Below are positions 22,662-33,096 of a DNA stretch of 50,395 bases, piece after piece. The stretch covers positions 1-50,395 of the forward strand of contig DATEKG010000235.1 of NCBI GenBank assembly GCA_035277565.1, given 5' to 3'. The notes beneath the pieces were generated by a model. The model made no database searches. It saw nothing but the letters and a program-made list of their open reading frames with translations, and was not told the origin of the DNA. Positions within the stretch are counted from its first letter, which is position 1. Every line of letters begins with the position of its first letter. The DNA comes from Pseudolabrys sp. (GTDB lineage Bacteria; Pseudomonadota; Alphaproteobacteria; Rhizobiales; Xanthobacteraceae). Made by a program: the position numbers and the translations under genes.

Positions 22662-24881
22662 TCAGGCCGCAAGCGGGCTGGAAGCCGCAGCCGCTGCATC
22701 AAGGATTTCGCGCAACCGCTCCCGATCGAGCGGTTTTACCAGAACACCGTCGAGGCCGGCGGCGAGGATCGCCTCGCGATCCTCCGTCAGGGCATTCGCG
22801 GTGACCGCATAAATGCGGGTACGCAGGCCGCCCGCGTCCGCCTCGGCTGAACGGATACGGCGCGCCGCTTCGAGCCCGTCCATTCCCGGCATCTGCAGAT
22901 CCATCAGGACGAGATCGAAACGGCTGCCCGCCGCGCGCGCCGCCAGCCATGATTCGACCGCCGACCCGCCGTCGCTCGCGATGGTCGGGCGATGTCCGAG
23001 GCGCGTAAGCAAGGCGCGGGCGAGCAGCGCATTGATCTCGTTGTCTTCGGCCACCAGAATCGACAATCCCTTTTCGATTGCCGACATGGACACTTCGACC
23101 TCGGCGGTTGTTTCGGCCGGCGAGTGCTCGAAATTGCCGGATTCGGCAAGCCGCGCCGCGAGCGAAGCCGCACGCACCGGCTTGACGAGGTAACCGGTGA
23201 AACCTGCGGCTTTCAGTGCGGGAAGCTCGCCTCTTTCCGTCGGACGAATGAGCACGATACGCTTTTGTACCGGAAGTCGCGAAAAGTCCTCGTTCGCTGT
23301 CATGGCCGACGCCAGGGGATAGTCGACGAGAAGCGCATTCCAGGCGCGTTCGGGCAACAGTGCTGCTGCGATTTTTTCGTCGATAACCGCGCAAGTCTTT
23401 GCGCCCCAGCGGCCGAGGCGCCGCGCAACGAGTGAGGCCTCGATCTCGGCAGGCGCAACGATCATGATCGCCGCGTCGCTGAGATCAGGCGCGGCGAATT
23501 TCGCATCCGGCCGATCCGGTGCGGACGGCAGCGCGATATCGATGCTGAATGTCGAGCCCGTGCCGGTCTTGCTTTCGGCCGCGATGCGCCCGTCCATTCT
23601 CTCGACAATTCGCTTGGAAATAGCGAGGCCGAGTCCGGTTCCGCCGAATTTGCGCGTCGATGACCCATCCGCTTGCTCGAAGTCCATGAAGATGCGCGAT
23701 AGATCTTCACTCTTGAGGCCAATCCCGGTGTCACGCACTTCGAAATGAATTTCATTTTCTCGCTCGCCAGGTTCGGCAATGACGGCGACGCCCCCCTTTT
23801 CCGTAAACTTGACGGCATTACCCACCAGATTGAGGAGAACCTGCCGCAGCCGCGCTGCATCGCCGACGACTTCAGCCGGCACTCGTTCATCAACGAAAGA
23901 AGCGATCTCGATTCCTTTCGCCTGCGCGCGTGGCGCCATGAGTTCAATCGCTTCCTCGATCATGGTGGAAAGTGCGAACGGCCGAGCCTCGAGGTCGAGA
24001 CGGCCGGCCTCGATTTTCGAGAAATCGAGGATTTCCTCGATCAGCGACAAGAGAGTTTCGCCTGATGTCTTTGCTGCCCTGGCGTAAGTGAGTTGGTTGG
24101 GTGTCAAGGGTGTATCGAGCAACAGATCAGCCATTCCAAGGATTCCGTTGAGTGGCGTGCGAATCTCGTGGCTGACCATTGCGAGAAAACGTGATTTGGC
24201 GCGGCTCGCCGTTTCGGCCTGATCGCGCGCGTGGCCCAGCACCTGTTCGGCCTCGACGCGGCTGGTGACGTCGCGCCCGACGCCCTGAATTTCCGCTCCG
24301 GATTCCCCGCGTACCGCGACTTCGCGCCATGCGATCCAGCGAATGAAACTGCCGCATGCAATCTTCTGATCGTAGACGCGCGTGCCGTCCGGATGGACGC
24401 TGACAGGGCCGCGCTCAAGAGCCGGCAATTCGTCAACACTGCCGATGAGCGCCTCGCGCGCTTTTTCCGCAAGCGCGCAAAACGCATCGTTTGCATACGT
24501 AATGCGTCCGGCGCTGTCACGACGGACGATGAGGTCGCCTTGCGCCTCGAGCATGCTGCGCGCGCGTTCTTCCGCCTCGCGCAATTCCCATAGTCGGTCC
24601 GAGAGTTCTTCATTGCGAGCCTCGGCGATGTGCGCTGTTGCCACGGCCACGCGCTGTCGCAGCAGTGCGAAACCCGCGAGCAATACGACCGCCATGATGG
24701 CGCCGGTCATAATGGGGGCGGACACGCCATGGTCGGGCTTTTCCAGATATGTGGCGGCCAGGAAACCGGCGATGACGCAGACAATTGTCCAGACGGTGGC
24801 CACCGCATGCGCCGATATAAGAAGCGCCGCGCGGGCAGCGAGCGGCTTCGTCTGGCCGGGCGAGGGAGGTGCGCCTTGCAT
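22662..24881 (-). CDS. Membrane-bound hybrid histidine kinase (2TM-PAS-HisKA-HATPase-degenerate REC-REC); start uncertain (24881 or up to 25007)
   Basis: H-box FLAMVSHEIRTPLNGI, N-box NLVGNAVKFT, G-boxes DTGIG and GTGLGL, C-terminal receiver VAEDN..LMDLQMP..KP. Confidence 0.9.
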   Translation of the reverse strand: MQGAPPSPGQTKPLAARAALLISAHAVATVWTIVCVIAGFLAATYLEKPDHGVSAPIMTGAIMAVVLLAGFALLRQRVAVATAHIAEARNEELSDRLWELREAEERARSMLEAQGDLIVRRDSAGRITYANDAFCALAEKAREALIGSVDELPALERGPVSVHPDGTRVYDQKIACGSFIRWIAWREVAVRGESGAEIQGVGRDVTSRVEAEQVLGHARDQAETASRAKSRFLAMVSHEIRTPLNGILGMADLLLDTPLTPNQLTYARAAKTSGETLLSLIEEILDFSKIEAGRLDLEARPFALSTMIEEAIELMAPRAQAKGIEIASFVDERVPAEVVGDAARLRQVLLNLVGNAVKFTEKGGVAVIAEPGERENEIHFEVRDTGIGLKSEDLSRIFMDFEQADGSSTRKFGGTGLGLAISKRIVERMDGRIAAESKTGTGSTFSIDIALPSAPDRPDAKFAAPDLSDAAIMIVAPAEIEASLVARRLGRWGAKTCAVIDEKIAAALLPERAWNALLVDYPLASAMTANEDFSRLPVQKRIVLIRPTERGELPALKAAGFTGYLVKPVRAASLAARLAESGNFEHSPAETTAEVEVSMSAIEKGLSILVAEDNEINALLARALLTRLGHRPTIASDGGSAVESWLAARAAGSRFDLVLMDLQMPGMDGLEAARRIRSAEADAGGLRTRIYAVTANALTEDREAILAAGLDGVLVKPLDRERLREILDAAAAASSPLAA

Positions 24882-25030
24882 GCTATCCGGATGCGGCGGG
24901 TCCGGCTCGCTGAATGCGCCGGCTTCCCGCGGGAATGGCGCATTTGGCGCCTCGAACCTTGCGAATTTATTCTCGATTAACTGACACCACGCCGTAGAAG
25001 CGAACATGGTAAAGGCGGGGTTAAGCGCAG

Positions 25031-26569
25031 TTACGCGGCGTGACGAATCTCGTCGGCAAGCGCGCGGTAGGACAGGGCCTCTGCAAGGTGTATGCGCCCG
25101 ACAGTCTCCGCTGCATCGAGATCGGCAAGCGTGCGTGCGACGCGCAGCACGCGATGGTAGCCGCGTGCCGACAGACGCATGGAGTCGGCCGCCTCGCGCA
25201 GCAATGCGAGCCCTGCGGAGTCGGCGCGGGCGACTTCTTCAAGCGCCGGCCCGGCGATCTGCGCATTGGTTCGCATATTATCCAAACCCATCGCCGCACA
25301 GCGGGCGGCCTGGATGTCTCTGGCGCGCGCAACGCGAGCGGCAACCTCGCGGCTACCTTCTGCAGGCGCCGGCAGAATAAGATCGGCGGCTGTCACCGCC
25401 GGCACTTCGATGTGCAGGTCGATGCGGTCGAGAAACGGGCCCGACAACCGGCCCTGGTAGTCTGCGGCGCACCGCTCGTTCGCACCGCGCTTGCAGGTAA
25501 AGCCGGGGTCATTCGCGCGGCCGCAGCGGCACGGATTCATCGCGGCGACCAGCATGAATCGTGCCGGGTAGGTAATGCGATGATTGGCCCGCGCAATCGA
25601 GACCTCGCCGCTCTCGAGCGGCTGGCGCAACGAGTCGAGAACATGGCCGGAAAATTCAGGCAGCTCGTCGAGAAAGAGCACGCCATTGTGGGCAAGTGAA
25701 ATTTCGCCCGGGCGCGCGCGCAGCCCCCCGCCGACCAGCGCCGGCATGGATGCGGAATGATGCGGTGATCGAAACGGCCGCCGGTTGGTGAGCGCGCCGC
25801 CTTCGATTTCGCCGGCGACCGAGGCGATCATCGATATTTCGAGGAGCTCGGCGGGCGACAATGGCGGCAATATCGTCGGCAGACGGGCCGCCAGCATCGA
25901 TTTGCCGGCGCCAGGCGGCCCGATCATCAGCATATTGTGTCCGCCGGCAGCGGCAACTTCGAGGGCGCGCTTCGCGCTTTCCTGGCCCTTGATGTCGGCG
26001 AGATCAACCGGAGTGCCGTCGCGTTCACGAATCTTCGGCTGCGGCCGGGCCAGGACCTGCGTACCTTTGAAATGGTTGGCGAGCTGGATCAGCGATCGCG
26101 CCGCAACGACCTCGATCTCGGGGCTGGCCCAGGCCGCTTCCGGACCGCAGGCGCTCGGGCAGATCAGGCCGTGACCGCGCTCATTCGCCCCGATGGCGGC
26201 GGGAAGGACTCCGGCGACCGCGGCGATCGAACCGTCGAGGCCGAGTTCTCCCAACACCGTGAAGCTGTTCAATGCATCGTGTGGCAGTGCGCCGATTGCT
26301 GCCATCAATCCAAGCGCGATCGGCAAATCATAGTGGCTGCCTTCTTTGGGCAGATCGGCAGGAGCAAGATTGACGGTGATGCGACGAGCTGGCAGCGCCA
26401 GACCCGACGCAATCATGGCCGCGCGCACGCGCTCCTTCGCTTCGGAGACGGCCTTGTCGGGCAGGCCGACGATGGTGAAAGCCGGCAAGCCAGGGGCTAC
26501 CTGAACCTGCACATCGACGGCCCTCGTCTCGATGCCCTCGAAGGCCACCGTCGTCACCCGCTGGACCAT
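25031..26569 (-). CDS. comM: ComM/YifB Mg-chelatase-like AAA+ helicase
   Basis: VGLPD.AV.E, NLAPADLPKEGSHYDLPIA, GPPGAGKS, LFLDE, AAMNPC.CG, RLSGP.LDRID, RVARTLADL. Gene is intact. Confidence 0.93.
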   Translation of the reverse strand: MVQRVTTVAFEGIETRAVDVQVQVAPGLPAFTIVGLPDKAVSEAKERVRAAMIASGLALPARRITVNLAPADLPKEGSHYDLPIALGLMAAIGALPHDALNSFTVLGELGLDGSIAAVAGVLPAAIGANERGHGLICPSACGPEAAWASPEIEVVAARSLIQLANHFKGTQVLARPQPKIRERDGTPVDLADIKGQESAKRALEVAAAGGHNMLMIGPPGAGKSMLAARLPTILPPLSPAELLEISMIASVAGEIEGGALTNRRPFRSPHHSASMPALVGGGLRARPGEISLAHNGVLFLDELPEFSGHVLDSLRQPLESGEVSIARANHRITYPARFMLVAAMNPCRCGRANDPGFTCKRGANERCAADYQGRLSGPFLDRIDLHIEVPAVTAADLILPAPAEGSREVAARVARARDIQAARCAAMGLDNMRTNAQIAGPALEEVARADSAGLALLREAADSMRLSARGYHRVLRVARTLADLDAAETVGRIHLAEALSYRALADEIRHAA

Positions 26570-26722
26570 TACAACCGCGCCCTGTGCATGCTCGTAGAAG
26601 TAGTAGCGAAACCTGCATTGCGGCGGTAGGGCCCAAAAGTCCTAGGGCGGCCGAATAATTATTGAGCCTCGGCGACGTTCCAGCGAGAACTGTTCTATCT
26701 TTAATTTCTCAAAAAATGTTAT

Positions 26723-26740
26723 TTCTTTCTATAAAAAGAA
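26723..26740. promoter_or_regulatory. Near-perfect 18-bp palindrome, putative antitoxin operator in the AT-rich TA promoter
   Basis: TTCTTTCTATAAAAAGAA has one mismatched pair and ends 37 bp upstream of the antitoxin ATG, in the most AT-rich stretch I saw. Confidence 0.55.
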
Positions 26741-26777
26741 TTACTATATATCGTTTCTGATTACACTGCAATCGGCC

Positions 26778-27164
26778 ATGCGACAGAAACCAAAATCCCG
26801 CACGCAAACGGCCCCGGATGAAGCGAGAGTGGTGACCGAGGCCGCCCTTCGCGCCGCGGGCCGGCTGGGTATCAGAAATAAAGCGCTCGCCAGAATCCTG
26901 GGCCTGTCGGAACCGACGCTGTCACGCATGTCAAAGGGGGCCTATTTTCTTGCGCCTGAGAGCAAGGCGTTCGAGCTCGCCGTTCTTTTCATCCGGTTTT
27001 ATCGTTCGCTCGACGGGATCGTCGGCGGCGACGATTCCGTGGCTGCCGACTGGCTGCGAAACCCGAATACGATTCTCGAGGGTATTCCTCTTGAGCTGAT
27101 TCAATCGGTTGCCGGTCTGACCAATGCCATCGACTATCTCGACTCCCGCCGAGCTGTCGTCTAG
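26778..27164 (+). CDS. Xre/MbcA/ParS-type antitoxin (HTH plus C-terminal toxin-binding domain)
   Basis: HTH LARILGLSEPTLSRM; LFIRFYRSLD, WL..PN..L...P; overlaps the downstream RES gene. Confidence 0.88.
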   Translation: MRQKPKSRTQTAPDEARVVTEAALRAAGRLGIRNKALARILGLSEPTLSRMSKGAYFLAPESKAFELAVLFIRFYRSLDGIVGGDDSVAADWLRNPNTILEGIPLELIQSVAGLTNAIDYLDSRRAVV

Positions 27165-27891
27165 CGCGCGGCCCGCCAGCGGCCGATGCTGGCGCGTTGT
27201 CGAGGCGCAGAACATCATTTCGACAGCAAAACTCACCGACACAACAGCTGAGCAGAGAATTCTCGAAGAATATATTGAAAGATCAAAACCGCGCCTTCCG
27301 CCGGAATGCCGGCATCTGAATTACCTGCTGTCGACGCCCTTTCGCTATGGTGCTCCCTATCCGCGCGGATCGCGCTTCAGGAAGGCCGGGCACTCGCCGG
27401 GAGTTTTCTATGGTGCCGAGAACCCCGACACAGCAGTTGCTGAATTATGTTTTTGGCGGCTTGTGTTCTTTGCGGAATCTCCAAAGACAAAATGGCCAAC
27501 GGGCGCCGGCGAATACACCGCGTTCGCCGCGCGTTACGCGACCGGCCGCGCCATCGATCTGACCAGGCCCCCGTTCGACAGCCGGAAATCCGCATGGGCG
27601 CACAAGACAAGATATGACGACTGCCAGGAACTCTCCGACATGGCGCGATCCGTCAATATCGAAATAATTCAATATTGGTCGGTGCGCGATCCAAAACGGC
27701 AACTAAACATGGCCTTGCTGACTTGCAGGGCCTTTGCCGCACCCGACCCGGTGGAGCGCCAGACATGGCGAATTATCCTGAATGCCAACGGCGCCAGAGC
27801 GCTCTGCGAATCGCCGCCCATCCGTCTCGATTTCGACCGGACCGCTTTCCGGGGCGATCCGCGGATCGACGCCATGGAATGGGATCGCTAG
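27124..27891 (+). CDS. RES-domain toxin (NAD+ phosphorylase/ADP-ribosyltransferase family)
   Basis: WRVVEAQ, LSTPFRY, GSRFR, GVFYGAE...AVAE, Y.SVRDP; 41-nt overlap with the antitoxin. Confidence 0.88.
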   Translation: MPSTISTPAELSSSARPASGRCWRVVEAQNIISTAKLTDTTAEQRILEEYIERSKPRLPPECRHLNYLLSTPFRYGAPYPRGSRFRKAGHSPGVFYGAENPDTAVAELCFWRLVFFAESPKTKWPTGAGEYTAFAARYATGRAIDLTRPPFDSRKSAWAHKTRYDDCQELSDMARSVNIEIIQYWSVRDPKRQLNMALLTCRAFAAPDPVERQTWRIILNANGARALCESPPIRLDFDRTAFRGDPRIDAMEWDR

Positions 27892-27967
27892 GGCGATCCG
27901 TGCACTTGATCTCCGGCAGTCACCTGAGGATCATGCGTCATAACAAGCAAGAACGGGAGGATACACG

Positions 27968-28939
27968 ATGGCGCTCGTCCGGAGATCTATCGCGTTGCTG
28001 CTGGCGATAACAGCCGCGCCGGCCCTCGCACAGGAACTCAAACCGTGGAAACATGTCGTGATCGAGCCGAAAGGCGATGCCGGCTTCATGCTCATGGTCG
28101 CTCAACACGATTTTGCGGCGAAGCGCGGCCTGAAAATCGAAATCGTGCCGATGAAAAACGGCGCGCTCGCGCATAAGGCACTGTTGGCCGGCGAAGTCGA
28201 CAGCATCGAATCAAGTCCCGGCGCTGCCATCCTTGCCGGCTCGCGCGGCGCCGATCTCAAGATCGTCGGTTGTGACTGGCCGGGCGTTCCGCATGGGCTC
28301 ATGGTGAGATCCAACATAAGCAAGGTTGAGGATCTCAAGGGCAAGACGGTCGCGGTAGCCGCGCCCGGCTCGCTGCCCAATCTCCTGATCAACGCCATTC
28401 TCGAGGAGCACAAAGTGCCGGCCTCGGAAGTGCATTTTGCAAATCTCGGCGGTGATCTCGACCGGTTCAAAGCCGTTGCAGCAGGCATCGCCGATGCCGG
28501 GATTGTCGCAGCCGAATTCATGGCGGTTGCGCCGAAAGACCTCAAAATGCTGGTTGCCGGGCATTCCGCCTTGCCGAACTACGTTCGCCTGTGTCTGACC
28601 ATGACGGGGAAGACGATTGCAAACCGGAGGCCGGACGCCATCAATTTCGTCGCCGCCCAAATGGACGCATTGAAATACTCGGCGACGCACCGTAACGAAA
28701 CGATCAAGCTGACGCAGCAGGCAATCCACGCCAAACCCGACGATCCACGGCCCGCATACGCTTACGACGACACGCTCAAAAGTCACCTGGTCGACCCGGA
28801 AGTGGCACTGCCGCTCGATAAGCTGAACTGGATGCAGAACGAACTTGTGAAGGCCGGTAATCTCAAGGCGACCTTTGATCTCAAGGCCGTAACGGCGCCG
28901 GATATCCGCGCCGAAGCCGAAAAGCGCTCGATGAAATGA
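27968..28939 (+). CDS. NitT/TauT (SsuA/NMT1-like) ABC periplasmic solute-binding protein
   Basis: Signal peptide ending ALA-Q; ALLAGEVD, DLKGKTVAV..PGS; GGGAGG RBS. Confidence 0.85.
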   Translation: MALVRRSIALLLAITAAPALAQELKPWKHVVIEPKGDAGFMLMVAQHDFAAKRGLKIEIVPMKNGALAHKALLAGEVDSIESSPGAAILAGSRGADLKIVGCDWPGVPHGLMVRSNISKVEDLKGKTVAVAAPGSLPNLLINAILEEHKVPASEVHFANLGGDLDRFKAVAAGIADAGIVAAEFMAVAPKDLKMLVAGHSALPNYVRLCLTMTGKTIANRRPDAINFVAAQMDALKYSATHRNETIKLTQQAIHAKPDDPRPAYAYDDTLKSHLVDPEVALPLDKLNWMQNELVKAGNLKATFDLKAVTAPDIRAEAEKRSMK

Positions 28940-29926
28940 TCAGATCTTTACGGACGCCATAATCCCCGGAGGAAAGATTTCTTCCGGCGTGGCGAGACGG
29001 TGCGCAATGCCCTGTTCGTGCGCGTAGCGCAGGAATAGCTCGAGTGTCGGCCGGTTCGGCTCAATCCCGAACGGAAAAAGATTGCCGCCGAACACCTGCT
29101 GCATGCGGTTTGCGTAGTTCGTCAACCAGGGGATCGGATAGCGCGACACCGCCGGATCAAGAATGCGTTCAAGACTCCGGCGCTTGGACTCGTCGAATGC
29201 GTTGTACAGGTTGCGCGCCGCCCAAGGATGTCTATCGAGGATCGACCGCCGCATCGCGATGACGTGCATGATCGGGAAGATGCCGGTGTCCGCGTAGTAC
29301 CGCTGTTCGATGGTCTCATAGTCGGGAAACAGACGTATGACGTCAGGATGCCTTTCCCGGAAGGAGTTTGGCGGCCGGGCAATGATGACACAGTCCAGCT
29401 CGCCGGAAGCGATCATGTCACTGAGCGTCTTGTCCGGCGCGCTGGTCAGCCGGACTCCTTTCGGCAGCGACAGTTCGACTTTCTCGATGCGGCCTGCCTC
29501 GTTGGTGCCTGCCTGGACCCATTCAATGTCCGACAATGGAACGCCGCCCTCATGCATCAGCCAGCCGCGCATGTAGACGGCCGCCGTGTGCGCCCATTCA
29601 GGAACGCCGATCCGCTTTCCGCGCAGATCCTTCGCCGTTTTGATTCCTGCCTTGCGGTTTACATAGAACGAAGCAAACCGGAAGAGACGCGATGCATAGA
29701 CCGGCAGTCCGATAATGTCGGCGTCATTGCGTGTGACCTGCGCCGTAAACTTCGCGAAGGAAAGCTCGGACACATCCCATTCGCGATTGAATGTGAAGCG
29801 CGAAAATATTTCGTGGTGCCCGAGCATGAGCCATGTGGTCTCGATACCTTCCGCGCGCACCGATCCGAGCCTGAAGTCGCGAAAGTGATCGTAATCCGTC
29901 GTCGCGATGGTAAGGGCAAGGCTCAT
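28940..29926 (-). CDS. 4,5-dihydroxyphthalate decarboxylase-like protein (periplasmic-binding-protein II fold, no signal peptide)
   Basis: LTIA..DYDH, WDVSELSF, DLRGKRIGVPEW..TA.VY.RG, LFPD...E..YY..TGIFPIMH, PFGIEPNR.TL. Confidence 0.75.
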   Translation of the reverse strand: MSLALTIATTDYDHFRDFRLGSVRAEGIETTWLMLGHHEIFSRFTFNREWDVSELSFAKFTAQVTRNDADIIGLPVYASRLFRFASFYVNRKAGIKTAKDLRGKRIGVPEWAHTAAVYMRGWLMHEGGVPLSDIEWVQAGTNEAGRIEKVELSLPKGVRLTSAPDKTLSDMIASGELDCVIIARPPNSFRERHPDVIRLFPDYETIEQRYYADTGIFPIMHVIAMRRSILDRHPWAARNLYNAFDESKRRSLERILDPAVSRYPIPWLTNYANRMQQVFGGNLFPFGIEPNRPTLELFLRYAHEQGIAHRLATPEEIFPPGIMASVKI

Positions 29927-29966
29927 GGTGTCGGTCTTGGATGTAATCTTGCGGCGACTCTTTCGT

Positions 29967-30911
29967 TCATTTGCGCCGCTTGGCCTCGATCTTGTCCCAT
30001 ATCATGGCAGCAATATCGGCTCCGCCAAAAGCCTTGATGGAGCGGATACCGGTCGGCGACGTCACGTTGATCTCGGTCAGATAGCCGTCAATCACATCAA
30101 TTCCCACGAACAGCAGGCCACGTTCACGGAGCGCCGGCCCGATGCGCTTGCAAATTTCCGCCTCGCGTTTGGTCAACTCGGTTGCGGCCGGCGCGCCGCC
30201 TCGCACCATGTTGGAGCGCAGGTCGTCTGCGGCCGGAATTCTGTTGACCGCTCCCGCATAGTCTCCGTCAACTAGGATGATACGCTTGTCGCCATGCTTG
30301 ATGTTCGGCAGAAATTTCTGCACGACCCACTGCTCGCGGAATGTCGTTGCGAAAAGATCATAAAGCGATCCGAAATTCAGATCCTGGGGCGCAAGCCGGA
30401 AAACCGCTTCCCCGCCCTTGCCGTAGAGCGGCTTCATCACAATATCCCCGTGCTCGGCTCTGAACGCCTTGATCTCGGCGAGATCGCGCGTGACCAGTGT
30501 CGGTGGCATAAGGTCAGCAAACAGGGTCACGAAGACCTTTTCCGGGGCATTGCGCACTTGGGCAGGGTCGTTGACCACCAATGTGCGGGGGTGGATGCGC
30601 TCCAGCAGATGGGTCGTCGTTATATAGGCCAGATCGAAGGGTGGGTCCTGGCGCAGCAAAACAACGTCCAGACCTGAAAGATCGATTCGCCGCGACTCGC
30701 CGAGGGCAAAGTGGTCGTCCACCTTGTCGCGTACTGTCAGCGACGCGACATGGGCGATGATGCTGCCATCACGCTGCGACAGACGGTCCGGGGTGTAATA
30801 GGCAAGCTGATGGCCGCGTTCCTGCGCTTCCAGCAGCAAGGCGAATGTGGAGTCACCTTTAATATTGATCCGCTGAATCGGATCCATTTGAACGGCGATT
30901 TTCAGGCTCAT
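29967..30911 (-). CDS. gshB: Glutathione synthetase
   Basis: [52 protein letters not shown]. Confidence 0.97.
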   Translation of the reverse strand: MSLKIAVQMDPIQRINIKGDSTFALLLEAQERGHQLAYYTPDRLSQRDGSIIAHVASLTVRDKVDDHFALGESRRIDLSGLDVVLLRQDPPFDLAYITTTHLLERIHPRTLVVNDPAQVRNAPEKVFVTLFADLMPPTLVTRDLAEIKAFRAEHGDIVMKPLYGKGGEAVFRLAPQDLNFGSLYDLFATTFREQWVVQKFLPNIKHGDKRIILVDGDYAGAVNRIPAADDLRSNMVRGGAPAATELTKREAEICKRIGPALRERGLLFVGIDVIDGYLTEINVTSPTGIRSIKAFGGADIAAMIWDKIEAKRRK

Positions 30912-30999
30912 GACTACCTTTAGGCGAACAAAGCGTTAACACATTATCCGCACTATACCCACTTCGGGAACGTTGTTGCACGGCCGGGGGGCCGCCGCG

Positions 31000-32679
31000 G
31001 TGAACCTGCCCAAGCTTTCGATTGCAGCCAGGCTCTACACGATTTTCGCTCTGATGGCCGCTACGACCGTGGCGCTGTCAGTCGTTGCCGTGTCGAATTC
31101 ACACCATCACGCGGCGCTGACCGACGATTTCGAGTCTGCCAATGCCGGCAGCTGGAATGTCGAGCGGATCAATGGCCTCATCTACGGGACCATGATGGAG
31201 ATGCGCGGCGTCTATATGTCGGCTGACAAGACGGAGGCAGCCAAATATGCCGCCTCCCTGGCCAAGGTTACCGACCAGATCAGCGGGGTCATCGGCGACT
31301 GGCAGCGAAGCGTCCGCAACAGCGACGCGCTTGCCTTCAGCAACTTTGCTGTGAGGATCAATGGATTTCAGGATGACCTCTACAAGCTGGTGGCCGTTGC
31401 CCGGCAATCCGGACCGCAGGCCGCGCGCGAATGGGCAAACAAGAACCTGCCCGGCGAGACGCGCGCGGCGCTGACCAAGGACCTTGAGGCGCTCAGCCAA
31501 CATTACAGCGACGTCGCGAGCCAAATTTATACGCAGATCGATGAAGGGATCGATCACACAGCCTTGCTGCTCACGATCCTCGCCTGTGTTGCGGTGGCGC
31601 TTGCGATTGCCGGCGCAGCTGTCATAGCACGCAGCGTGACCAAACCGATCGGCGCGATCACCAAAGTCACGACGGCGGTGGCGGCGGGCAATAGCGCGAT
31701 CGCTGTTCCGTTCAGTGACCGCAATGACGAAGTTGGAGCGCTCGCGCGATCGATTGCTGTTTTCCAGAAGACGATGCGGAGCAACGAGGAGCTCAATCAA
31801 ACGGTGCGCATCGACGCCGACATGCGAGCGCGCCGGCAGGAAAAGGTCTCGAACGAGATCACCCAGTTTTCCGCCGAGGTCGAGGCAACGCTTGCCGAAC
31901 TCGGACGGATCTCCGACGAAATGCTGGCCGCATCAACCCAACTCGCCGCAGCGGCAGATAACGCGTCGAGCAAGACCGCACGCGCAGAGGGTGCGTCGTC
32001 CGAGGCTTCATCCAATGTGCGAGATATCGCTTCTGCGGCCGACGAACTGTCCGCATCGGTCAATGAAATCGATCGGCAGGTAGCGCAATCCAATGCGATT
32101 GCAACCAAAGCAGTCAATGAAGTCGAATCGACGAATCTTGCCGTCAAGGAGCTCGATGAAGCCGCCGCACGTATCGGCGACGTCGTTAAGCTGATTACCG
32201 ATATTGCCGAACAGACAAATCTGCTGGCATTGAATGCGACGATCGAGGCGGCGCGGGCCGGCGAGGCTGGGCGCGGATTCGCGGTGGTCGCAGGCGAAGT
32301 GAAGGCGCTGGCCGGGCAGACCAGCCGCGCGACGGAAGAGATCGGGGCCCAGATCGCCGGCATGCAACGCGCGACCCAACGTTCGATAATGGCGATCACA
32401 GGAATCGAGCAGACAATTCGCGAGATCGGCAATATCAGCAGCGCCATTGCCGCGGCGGTGACCGAGCAGGGCGCCGCCACGCAGGAGATTGCGCGCGGCG
32501 TCGAGATTGCGGCTGAACGAACGGTCGCAACCGCGAAGGAAGTAAACCTGATGGGCACGGCAACGCAGGATACTCGTGCGAGCGCTGCCGCGGTGAAATC
32601 GGTGGCTGACGATCTCGGCAAGGTAGCGCACCGGATTCGAGCGCAGGTCGACCAGTTTTTCGACCGCTTGAGCGCCTAG
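31000..32679 (+). CDS. Methyl-accepting chemotaxis protein (2TM, periplasmic helical sensor, HAMP, signalling domain)
   Basis: [13 protein letters not shown]; signalling hairpin [40 protein letters not shown] start inferred. Confidence 0.93.
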   Translation: MNLPKLSIAARLYTIFALMAATTVALSVVAVSNSHHHAALTDDFESANAGSWNVERINGLIYGTMMEMRGVYMSADKTEAAKYAASLAKVTDQISGVIGDWQRSVRNSDALAFSNFAVRINGFQDDLYKLVAVARQSGPQAAREWANKNLPGETRAALTKDLEALSQHYSDVASQIYTQIDEGIDHTALLLTILACVAVALAIAGAAVIARSVTKPIGAITKVTTAVAAGNSAIAVPFSDRNDEVGALARSIAVFQKTMRSNEELNQTVRIDADMRARRQEKVSNEITQFSAEVEATLAELGRISDEMLAASTQLAAAADNASSKTARAEGASSEASSNVRDIASAADELSASVNEIDRQVAQSNAIATKAVNEVESTNLAVKELDEAAARIGDVVKLITDIAEQTNLLALNATIEAARAGEAGRGFAVVAGEVKALAGQTSRATEEIGAQIAGMQRATQRSIMAITGIEQTIREIGNISSAIAAAVTEQGAATQEIARGVEIAAERTVATAKEVNLMGTATQDTRASAAAVKSVADDLGKVAHRIRAQVDQFFDRLSA

Positions 32680-32697
32680 CGCCCGTCCTCCCTGGCG

Positions 32698-33096
32698 TCA
32701 GCTTTCGAAAGCTGCGGTGATGTGACGCGGAATTTTGCCGGGCGCAACGAGGATCGCGTCGAATCGAATGTCCCGGATCGATTCATCAGGATTTGCCGCA
32801 AGCCAGATTTCCGCCGCCGCGGCTATCCGCCGGCGCTGACGGGCATTGACCGATTCCGCAGCCTCGTCGAGACTCGGCCGCGCCTTCACTTCCGCAAAAA
32901 CCAGAAGCCGGCGTCGTCGGGCGACGATGTCGATTTCACCAAGCGGACTTCTCCACCGGCGCGCCAGAATACGGAAGCCTTTAGCAATCAGCAGCGTGGC
33001 GGCTCTGCTTTCCGCGGAAAGACCCGTGCGGAACGCAGCTTGTCGTTCAGGATGAGGTTCGCGCCGCAGCGGGTCCCGTATCGATCGATCAGTCAT
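32698..33096 (-). CDS. yraN: YraN/UPF0102 family putative endonuclease (start MTDRS)
   Basis: G..AE..A, GEIDIVA, FAEVKAR, RFDAI, HI..AF; start overlaps the rsmI stop. Confidence 0.9.
   Translation of the reverse strand: MTDRSIRDPLRREPHPERQAAFRTGLSAESRAATLLIAKGFRILARRWRSPLGEIDIVARRRRLLVFAEVKARPSLDEAAESVNARQRRRIAAAAEIWLAANPDESIRDIRFDAILVAPGKIPRHITAAFES

Noticed and set aside
26590-26700. Possible alphaproteobacterial LexA box (GTTC-N7-GTTC / GAAC-N7-GAAC) upstream of comM
   Set aside because: The GTTC copies at 26677 and 26692 are 11 nt apart, and GAAG-N7-GAAA at 26597 has two mismatches. Too weak.
25031-29966. Integrated mobile element at comM
   Set aside because: comM is intact; no integrase, transposase, att-like direct repeats or terminal inverted repeats were seen.
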